Source of the DNA: Actinomycetota bacterium
Lineage (GTDB): Bacteria > Actinomycetota > UBA4738 > CALAEC01
NCBI GenBank assembly: GCA_035697085.1
Contig: DASSDP010000063.1
Coordinates: 1-44,322 of the forward strand
Direction: 5' to 3'
Length of the DNA stretch: 44,322 bases
The notes beneath the pieces were generated by a model, which did not search any database, had not been told where the DNA came from, and saw only the letters and a program-made list of their open reading frames with translations. The translations under genes were made by a program, and so were the position numbers. Below, in pieces: positions 35,605 to 44,322 of this stretch (its first letter is position 1; each line of letters starts with the position of its first letter).

Positions 35605-36939
35605 GTGGACCTGACGCGCATCTTCAAGGCGTACGACGTTCGCGGCGTCTACCCCGAGGAGTTGAACGAGGACATCGCGCGCAGGATCGGATCGGCCTTC
35701 GCCGAGTTCACCGGGACGTCTTCCATCATCGTTGCTCGCGACTGCCGGACCTCATCACCTTCTCTGGCGGCCGCATTCGCTGAAGGGGTCACCAGACGGG
35801 GTAGTGGGGTCGTCGACATCGGTCTCGCCACCACCGACATGCTCTATTTCGCTTCCGGCCGTTTGAGCCAGCCCGGAGCGATGTTCACCGCAAGCCATAA
35901 CCCAGCCCACTACAACGGGATCAAGCTCTGCCGGGCGGGTGCTGCCCCGGTCGGTGCGGATTCCGGGCTCGAGGTCGTCAGAGACCTGGTCGCACAGGAG
36001 CTCCCGGAGACCGCCCCATCTCGAGGGACGGTCACCACCCTGGACCTCGTGGATGAGTACATCGATCACGCTCTTTCGTTCGTGGATGTCGAGAAGATCG
36101 CCCCGCTCACCGTCGTCGCCGATGCGGCCAACGGCATGGCCGGGCTGGTCCTTCCGGGGATCTTCGACCGCCTCCCGGCAAAACTCGTCGGTCTGTACCT
36201 GGAGCTCGACGGTACCTTCCCCAACCACCCCGCCGACCCGATCCAGCCCGAGAATCAGGCGGATCTCAAGCGGGCCGTTCTCGAGCACCACGCCGAGATC
36301 GGGTTGGCGTTCGACGGCGACGCGGACCGGGTATTCCTCGTGGACGAAAAGGCGCAGGGGGTGTCCGGCTCGCTGGTGACGGCGCTCGTGGCGGAGGCGA
36401 TGTTGGAGCGAGAGCCGGGAGCGAAGATCGTGCACAACCTGATCTGTTCCTGGGTGGTGCCGGAGGTGGTCCGAGAGCATGGAGGCGAGCCCATCCGCAC
36501 CCGGGTGGGCCACTCCTTCATCAAGAAGATCATGGCCGAGACAGGCGCGATCTTTGGAGGCGAACACTCGGGCCACTATTACTTTCGCGATCACTTCCGA
36601 GCGGACTCTGGGCTGATCGCTGCCCTCTTCGTTCTGCAGCGACTCTCGGAGGCGGGCGTGACGCTGTCTGAGCTCCTGGCGCCGTACCGACGGTACGAGG
36701 CATCCGGCGAGATCAACTCGGAGGTGGCTGACCAGGCCGCTGCGACGGAACGGGTGGCTGAGGCATTCAGAGACGGCAAGCAGGATCGGCTGGACGGCCT
36801 CACGGTCGAGTACGAAGACTGGTGGTTCAACGTTCGCCCTTCCAACACCGAGCCGCTTCTGCGGCTCAACGTGGAAGCGCGATCGAAGGAGCTCCTCGAG
36901 GAGAAGACAAACAGGGTATTGTCCGTCATTCGGAGCTAA
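35605..36939 (+). CDS. manB: Phosphomannomutase/phosphoglucomutase
   Basis: GTG start. IFKAYDVRG, active-site TASHNPAHYNGIK, AFDGDADR and GGEHSGHYYF. Confidence 0.92.
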   Translation: MDLTRIFKAYDVRGVYPEELNEDIARRIGSAFAEFTGTSSIIVARDCRTSSPSLAAAFAEGVTRRGSGVVDIGLATTDMLYFASGRLSQPGAMFTASHNPAHYNGIKLCRAGAAPVGADSGLEVVRDLVAQELPETAPSRGTVTTLDLVDEYIDHALSFVDVEKIAPLTVVADAANGMAGLVLPGIFDRLPAKLVGLYLELDGTFPNHPADPIQPENQADLKRAVLEHHAEIGLAFDGDADRVFLVDEKAQGVSGSLVTALVAEAMLEREPGAKIVHNLICSWVVPEVVREHGGEPIRTRVGHSFIKKIMAETGAIFGGEHSGHYYFRDHFRADSGLIAALFVLQRLSEAGVTLSELLAPYRRYEASGEINSEVADQAAATERVAEAFRDGKQDRLDGLTVEYEDWWFNVRPSNTEPLLRLNVEARSKELLEEKTNRVLSVIRS

Positions 36940-36954
36940 CCTCGAGGAGGGATC

Positions 36955-37134
36955 GTGGCCGTCGACAAGGAACTTCTTGAGATCCTGGTGTGCCCGAACT
37001 GCCGGGGAGAGGTGGAGTACCGGGAGCAGGAGAGCTTCATCGTGTGCCTGGGCAGGTGCGGGTACAAGTATCCGGTGCGCGACGACATCCCCGTGATGCT
37101 GGTCGAGGAAGCCGTAAAGCCGGACGGCAAGTGA
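36955..37134 (+). CDS. Trm112-family small zinc-ribbon protein
   Basis: Not in the ORF track (59 aa). GTG 36955 follows GAGGAGG. Hand translation: VAVDKELLEILVCPNCRGEVEYREQESFIVCLGRCGYKYPVRDDIPVMLVEEAV. Confidence 0.75.
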   Translation: MAVDKELLEILVCPNCRGEVEYREQESFIVCLGRCGYKYPVRDDIPVMLVEEAVKPDGK

Positions 37135-38173
37135 CGATCCTCGAGGACGGAGCCGCCCTCCGATCCGCTGACCCCAGCGGCCTGCTGGACGCGATCCTCT
37201 CGCTTCCGGAGCAGCTCGCCTCGTCCTTTCGCGCCGCTTCGCAGCAGGGAGGGATCCCGCCGGGGATCCGCTCCATCACCTTCTGCGGCATGGGTGGCTC
37301 GGCGGCGGCGGGCGATGTGGTTGCGGCGCAGTACAAGGAGCAGCTCGACGTTCCCATCACCACGGTCCGCGGGTACTCGATCCCGAGGTACTGCGGGCCC
37401 GACGACCTGGTGATCTGCCTCTCGTACTCCGGCAACACCGAGGAGACGATATCGGCGTACCGAGAGGCGACGGAGCGTGGATGCCGGGTCGTCGCCGTTT
37501 GCTCCGGCGGGCAGCTCGCCGAGCTGGCGGAGCGCGACGGCGCGCTCCTATCGACGGTTCCCGGAGGGCTGCCGGCGCCCCGGGCGGCCCTGGGGCACCT
37601 GGTCGGCGCGGTCATCGGCGCTCTGTCCTCCGCGGACCTGGAGTGGGTAGATGAGGTCGTCGACGGAGCGGTCGGGGTCCTCCAGGACCTCTCGGAGAGG
37701 CTCCGTCCCGAAGTTGCAATAGGCCGAAACAACGCCAAGCACATCGCCGAATGGATCGAGGACCGGGTCCCGGTCATCTGGTCGTCGGAGGGGCCGTCCG
37801 AGCCGGCGGGCTGGAGATGGAAGTGCGCGTTCAACGAGAACGCGAAGATACCCGCGTTCGCATCGGCACTTCCGGAGCTCGATCACCACGAGGTCGTGGG
37901 CTGGTCGGGAACGTGGGGGGAACGGTTCGCCCTCCTCGTGCTGCGGCACGTGGATGAGCACCCGAGCGTGGACGGTCGTCTCCAGGCCACGCTCGAGGTC
38001 GTGGGCGAATCGGGTCTCACGTGGCACGCGGCACACGCCCGCGGAACCTCCCCGCTCGATCAGGTGCTCTCCCTGATGCTCATCGGAGACGTGGCGAGCA
38101 TCTATCACGCCCTCGAGCACGGCATCGACCCCACGCCGATCGAGGCCATCGATCGAATCAAGGCCCGAATGGC

Positions 38174-38177
<4 letters not shown>
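37131..38177 (+). CDS. SIS-domain bifunctional phosphoglucose/phosphomannose isomerase
   Basis: ORF 36990..38177 trimmed to GTG 37131 (GTGA overlap). ITFCGMGGSAAAGD and CLSYSGNTEETISAY are SIS PGI/PMI motifs. Confidence 0.8.
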
Positions 38178-40259
<2,082 letters not shown>

Positions 40260-40288
40260 ATCCAAGCGACGGGCAGGAGCCTGTCTGG

Positions 40289-40972
40289 GTGGGCGTTGTG
40301 TTCGAGCGCTTTCCGGCGTCCGTCCGAGGCGCGGTCGTGGTCCGGGGGTCCGACCCCGACCCGCATCAGGTCTCCCTTGCAAGCGCGGACGTCGTGGAGC
40401 TCCGGTCCCCGAATCGCCCCGTGCGGCCCGTGGCACTCGACCCGGTGACCGTGGAGCTCGCTCCTCGGGGGGAGGTGTTGCTCCCGTTCGACATTCCATT
40501 CGCCGGGCTGGATCCGGGGTGGTACGGAGTGGTGGCCGAGGTGGTGGTCGACGGCCAGCGCCGGGTCCGGGGACCCGCCGCGGGGGAGGCGAAGCGCTTC
40601 CTCGTTGCCTGGCCCGGTCAGATGGTCCGGAAGGGAACGATGGTGGTGCAGTCCAGGATCCCCGTCCCGGGAACTCCGGGGGCGATGGTGGATCGAGTGG
40701 AATGCAAGGGAGATCGAGCCGTGATCCGGTGGCATCACGAACCCAGCGACGATCCGGAGTTCCGGCAGTTCGGGGAGCTCCGAGTTCTTGCGGACGGAAA
40801 GCCGCTTCCGTTCCTCGATTCTTCGTACCAGCCGGCGGCCGGCACTCGCTCCACCGTTGTCTACCCCCTGCTCAGGGCCAACCAGGCGCTCGAGCTGCAG
40901 ATCGATCGGCTGTTCAGGCCGGACGGGCAGGCGGACCGGGGTCGATGGTCGCTGGAGCTGCCGCTGCCGTGA
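40289..40972 (+). CDS. Hypothetical protein, no domain recognised
   Basis: ORF 40241..40972 (TTG start in the track) trimmed to GTG 40289, 9 nt after CAGGAG. Balanced amino-acid composition, unlike the Arg/Gly-rich overlapping frames. Appears soluble and beta-rich. Confidence 0.5.
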   Translation: MGVVFERFPASVRGAVVVRGSDPDPHQVSLASADVVELRSPNRPVRPVALDPVTVELAPRGEVLLPFDIPFAGLDPGWYGVVAEVVVDGQRRVRGPAAGEAKRFLVAWPGQMVRKGTMVVQSRIPVPGTPGAMVDRVECKGDRAVIRWHHEPSDDPEFRQFGELRVLADGKPLPFLDSSYQPAAGTRSTVVYPLLRANQALELQIDRLFRPDGQADRGRWSLELPLP

Positions 40973-41020
40973 GCGGTGCCATGTCGGCGGTAGGGACTAC
41001 CTTCCCGCGACGTGGGGGCG

Positions 41021-41785
41021 ATGCTCGACTTGCTGTTCCCGGGGCGCTGCGCGGCGTGCGGCGGGGGCACGTGGCCTCTGTGCCAACCATGCGCCGCCTC
41101 GGTTCCCGTGATCACGCTGCCGCTGTGCAACAGGTGCGGCCGGCCGACGGACTCGCCGGTGGCACGATGCGTCGACTGTCCGCCGAGAGAGATCGACGTG
41201 GCGAGAGCTCCATTCCTCTACGAGGGGCCCCTGGCCCGCACGGTTCGGGCCCTGAAGTTCGGTGGATGGCGAGCTTTAGCGGTGCCGCTGGCCGCGTCGA
41301 TGGCACGGGTTGGGCCACTCGAGGCGGAATGGGTGACCTGGGTTCCCCTATCGCGGAAGCGGCGAGCCGCTCGTGGATACGATCAGGCGGAAGTCCTGGC
41401 CCGGGAGCTGGCCCCACGCATTGGTCTGCCCGCCGTGGGGATGCTCCGCCGGATCCGGGAGACGCCGTCGCAGGCGAGTCGGTCCGGGAAAGAGCGGCGC
41501 CGAGCGCTCCGGGGTGCCTTCGCTGCCGACGGCGACGTGCGTCGGTCGATACTGCTCGTGGACGACGTCCTGACCACGGGAGCCACGGCGGCCGCTTGCG
41601 CCACCGCATTGAAGGAGGCCGGCGCGCGTCGGGTCGTGGTGGTGACCGCGGCCCGGTCCCTCCGCGGTCCGGTCCCGACCCGGTGCTTCGATATAATCGA
41701 TGCGTGCTCTCGTCCGGGTCTGTGGTTGCCCGGGGGATCCTCCTCCGGTAGTCGATGCCAGCCGCAGGCGAAACGACCCACGTAA
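41021..41785 (+). CDS. comF: ComF-family phosphoribosyltransferase-domain protein
   Basis: N-terminal zinc finger FPGRCAACGG...CQPC...CNRCGRP...CVDC. C-terminal PRT motif ILLVDDVLTTGATAAA. Confidence 0.85.
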   Translation: MLDLLFPGRCAACGGGTWPLCQPCAASVPVITLPLCNRCGRPTDSPVARCVDCPPREIDVARAPFLYEGPLARTVRALKFGGWRALAVPLAASMARVGPLEAEWVTWVPLSRKRRAARGYDQAEVLARELAPRIGLPAVGMLRRIRETPSQASRSGKERRRALRGAFAADGDVRRSILLVDDVLTTGATAAACATALKEAGARRVVVVTAARSLRGPVPTRCFDIIDACSRPGLWLPGGSSSGSRCQPQAKRPT

Positions 41786-41794
41786 GGCGACCCT

Positions 41795-41980
41795 TGGTTG
41801 CTGAGCATGGTGCGGCTTAGATGTAAGTCCTGCTCCGGGGACGATACGTCGCCGGGAGAAGATGCTAAGCGGCCGCTTCGGTCGCGACCCTCTCTGCAGG
41901 CGGGTGTGGGGGCAAAGACCAGGTCAGCCGGATGAGAGACCTGCGGGGGACCGGGATCGCTCCGGCCCCCCGCATTTTCA
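41795..41980 (+). ncRNA. Structured intergenic RNA between comF and hpf; candidate raiA-motif RNA
   Basis: 253-nt gap. Nested helices: GCTTAG 41815-41820 / CTAAGC 41865-41870 enclosing an imperfect hairpin at 41833-41858. Crossed CTCTC/GAGAG and GCAGG/CCTGC complementarity. The terminator-like hairpin at 41945-41970 lies about 60 nt before hpf. Confidence 0.4.
41945..41978 (+). terminator. Terminator-like GC hairpin plus T-tract upstream of hpf
   Basis: GGGGG(A)CCGG / CCGGCCCCC around a 7-nt loop, followed by CGCATTTT. Confidence 0.45.
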
Positions 41981-42038
41981 CGAGGCCCGCGTGGAGTACG
42001 CCAGGCGAACCGCGGTCAGGGCGAAGGAAGGAGCTCGG

Positions 42039-42419
42039 ATGGACCTCGTGGTGAAAGGTCGGGGCGGCCGGGTTTCGAGCCAGACCAAGTTGCGCGTCGA
42101 GCGCAAGGTGGAGAGACTGACCCGCCTGGAACCCCGGATCCAGCGGATCGAGGTGGAGTTCATCCATGAGCCCAACCGGCGGGTGGACGGCGGGTACCGG
42201 GTGGAGGCCGCGTGCTGGGTCTCTCGCCGGACCTTTCGGGCCTCCAGCACGGGCTCGGACATCGATGCCGCCCTGGACGGGGTCACGGAGCGCCTGGAGC
42301 GTCAGCTCACGGACGAGCACGGCAGACGCCGAACCCGGCGGATGTCGGGTGCGAATCGGCTAAAATCAGACGAGGGGATGGTTCGAAAGAACCAGACTGA
42401 GCCTCCCTTGGAGACTTAG
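42039..42419 (+). CDS. hpf: Ribosome hibernation factor, short (RaiA/YfiA-like) form
   Basis: ORF 41862..42419 trimmed to ATG 42039, after GAAGGAAGGAG. The sigma-54-modulation/S30AE fold pattern is MDLVVKGRGGRVSSQTKLRVERKVERL...IDAALDGVTERLERQL. Confidence 0.83.
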   Translation: MDLVVKGRGGRVSSQTKLRVERKVERLTRLEPRIQRIEVEFIHEPNRRVDGGYRVEAACWVSRRTFRASSTGSDIDAALDGVTERLERQLTDEHGRRRTRRMSGANRLKSDEGMVRKNQTEPPLET

Positions 42420-42425
42420 GGGTCT

Positions 42426-43121
42426 ATGGCGAAGAAGAGCGATACGGCCGGTTCGACGGGCGAGAGCCTTCGGGTTCTCATCGTCGATGACCACGCCCTG
42501 TTCAGGAAGGGCCTCCAGCTCGTCTTGGACAAGGAGCCGGACATCGACGTCGTGGGCGAGGGTTCCGACGGTCAGGAAGCCGTGGACAAGGCCCAGGAGC
42601 TCATGCCCGACGTGGTGCTCATGGACGTTCGAATGCCCAGGCGCTCGGGCATCGAGGCCACAGCGCAGATCAGGGATCTCCTTCCTCACGCGAAGATCCT
42701 CATGCTCACGATCAGCGACGACGAAGCGGATCTCTACGACGCCATCAAGGCGGGAGCCTCCGGATACCTGCTGAAGGAGATCAACACCGAGGAAGTCGCC
42801 GACGCCATCCGATCGGTGTGGTCGGGGCAGTCCCGGATCTCGCCCTCCATGGCGGCGAAGCTCCTCCAGGAATTCCAGGCCATGAGCAAGCGGGCGGAGG
42901 AGCGGACCCACGTTCCCACGCCCAGGCTGACCGATCGGGAGATGGAGGTCCTCCGCCTGGTGGCCCAGGGAATGAACAACCGCGACATCGCCAAGGACCT
43001 GTTCATCTCGGAGAACACCGTCAAGAACCACATCCGAAACATTCTGGAGAAGCTCCAGCTCCACTCGCGGATGGAAGCGGTCGTCTACGCCGTTCGCGAG
43101 AAGCTCCTCGAGATCAAGTAG
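42426..43121 (+). CDS. NarL/LuxR-family two-component response regulator
   Basis: Receiver domain: LIVDDHALFR...PDVVLMDVRMP...LTISDD. Followed by the LuxR HTH: LTDREMEVLRLVAQGMNNRDIAKDLFISENTVKNHIRNIL. Confidence 0.92.
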   Translation: MAKKSDTAGSTGESLRVLIVDDHALFRKGLQLVLDKEPDIDVVGEGSDGQEAVDKAQELMPDVVLMDVRMPRRSGIEATAQIRDLLPHAKILMLTISDDEADLYDAIKAGASGYLLKEINTEEVADAIRSVWSGQSRISPSMAAKLLQEFQAMSKRAEERTHVPTPRLTDREMEVLRLVAQGMNNRDIAKDLFISENTVKNHIRNILEKLQLHSRMEAVVYAVREKLLEIK

Positions 43122-43154
43122 CCTCCAGGCGACATCGCAACGCCTGACCAAGCC

Positions 43155-44322
43155 GTGCGAGCTCCCGATCGCGATCGCCTCGTCCGTCGGAGCACGCTCA
43201 TCCTCTCCGCCACCCAGGCGCTGGCCTGGGCGGGGGCCGGTGTCTTCGCCACGTTCGGCGCGCTGTCCGTGGAGCACCTGTTCGGCGGGGAGGCGTCCGT
43301 GGGCTTCTTCATCGCCACATTTTGGGTATCGGCTGCGGTCGGGGCCCCGGTGGCGGGGCGGCTGATGGACCGGTTCGGCCGCCGCCCCGGGCTGGCCGCG
43401 GGACACGGCCTCATCACCGTCTCCGGTCTGGCCGCAGCGGCATCGGTCGCATCGGGTTCGGGCGCCGCGCTCGTCGCATCTGCCGTTCCGATGGGACTCG
43501 GCGCCAGCGCCGCCCTCCTAGCCCGGGTGGCGGTGGCAGACATGCATCCTCCCGAGTCGAGAGCCCGCGCAGTGGGGTTGATGGTGGCAGCGGGCACCAT
43601 CGGAGCGGTGGGTGGACCCGTCCTCGGTGGCTTCGTTCACGGCCTCGCCGAGGGCCGAGGCGTCGCCGAGCCACTGGGCGTGCCCTGGCTCCTCCTCCCG
43701 GTGTTCGGCCTCGCCTGTCTTCTGCTCCTGGCCATGCTTCGCCCCGACCCGCGCGATCTCGCGGTGGCCAGGCCTACCGTCGTGGCCCGCCCGTCTGCGG
43801 GCCGGATCTTCCGGCTTCGCCCGGGGATCGTGGCGGTGGCGACGATCGGGGCCACGCAGCCCGTGATGACGACGTTCATGGGGTTGTCGGCCGTGGTGCT
43901 GAGCGATCACGGCGTCGGCGAGGGGGCCATCTCTGCGGTTGTGAGCGGCCACCTCGCGGGGATGCTGGCCTTCTCGCCGGTGATCGGAGTCGCGCTGGAC
44001 CGGTGGGGGCGGCGGACGGGTTTGATCGTCGGTCTGGCGATCACCGCGATCGGTGTTCCTGTCACGGCCATCCCCACGGACCCCGCAGCCGTCGGGGTCG
44101 GGCTCTTCCTGGTGGGCGTGGGGTGGTCCGTTGCGTACCTCGGGTCGACCACGGTAGTGAGCGACCTGACCGAACCGGCCGAACGCGCAGGAGCCCTGGG
44201 ACTGACCGACCTCGTCGCCGCCGTGGCTTCGGCACTCGGTGTCCTTGGGGGCGCGGCCCTGCTCCAGGCCACCTCCTTTCCGACGCTTGGAGTCGTCGCT
44301 CTGGTGCTGCTGATGATCCCGG
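43155..44322 (+). CDS. MFS transporter (3-prime end beyond the window)
   Basis: Hand translation from GTG 43155 stays open to the window edge. Successive hydrophobic helices and the loop motifs GRLMDRFGRRPG and ALDRWGRRTG are typical of MFS. Not in the track because there is no stop. Confidence 0.78.
   Translation, partial: MRAPDRDRLVRRSTLILSATQALAWAGAGVFATFGALSVEHLFGGEASVGFFIATFWVSAAVGAPVAGRLMDRFGRRPGLAAGHGLITVSGLAAAASVASGSGAALVASAVPMGLGASAALLARVAVADMHPPESRARAVGLMVAAGTIGAVGGPVLGGFVHGLAEGRGVAEPLGVPWLLLPVFGLACLLLLAMLRPDPRDLAVARPTVVARPSAGRIFRLRPGIVAVATIGATQPVMTTFMGLSAVVLSDHGVGEGAISAVVSGHLAGMLAFSPVIGVALDRWGRRTGLIVGLAITAIGVPVTAIPTDPAAVGVGLFLVGVGWSVAYLGSTTVVSDLTEPAERAGALGLTDLVAAVASALGVLGGAALLQATSFPTLGVVALVLLMIP

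Noticed and set aside
35567-35607. TAGAAT -10 box suggesting a leaderless manB transcript
   Set aside because: No acceptable -35 hexamer lies at 16-18 nt spacing, and the gap to GTG 35605 is 9 nt. This is too weak to report as a feature.

Overview
GC-rich chromosomal segment (about two-thirds G+C by eye) with hallmark Actinomycetota content: WhiB, the F420 genes fbiC/fbiA/fbiB, an LCP protein, DUF3499 and acyl-CoA carboxylase beta/epsilon subunits. About 46 tightly packed CDS, many translationally coupled through ATGA/GTGA overlaps. I found no rRNA, tRNA, CRISPR array, transposase or integrase. Blocks, left to right: (1) glycosyltransferases, a cupin and pccB/accE on the minus strand; (2) a Cas4-like nuclease and a stand-alone Clp-N protein; (3) an acyl-CoA module with ccr, methylmalonyl-CoA epimerase, thiolase, acyl-CoA dehydrogenase, thioesterase and an AMP-forming CoA ligase, interrupted by an FtsH-like protease; (4) a cell-wall glycopolymer locus: LCP, rmlD, Wzm/Wzt ABC exporter, GT4, small DMT protein, GT2 and an NDP-sugar pyrophosphorylase; (5) DUF3105 and fbiB-fbiA, divergent from fbiC; (6) whiB plus a very basic tandem-repeat protein, a giant GT2-membrane fusion, a DUF5719-like protein and an L,D-transpeptidase; (7) small zinc-ribbon genes in AT-rich islands; (8) manB-trm112-PGI/PMI-punA-ahcY; (9) an orphan protein, comF, a structured intergenic RNA (raiA-motif candidate), hpf, a NarL-type regulator and an MFS transporter. 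As I recall it, the gene order matches the mycobacterial sahH...whiB2-fbiA-fbiB...rmlD-cpsA region, so this is mostly core genome. The most unusual signals are the WhiB-coupled KTTAR repeat protein, an AT-rich recoded patch inside fbiC, two candidate ncRNAs, and the AT-rich islands around the small Zn-ribbon genes. All calls rest on hand translation and motif recognition. No searches were run.
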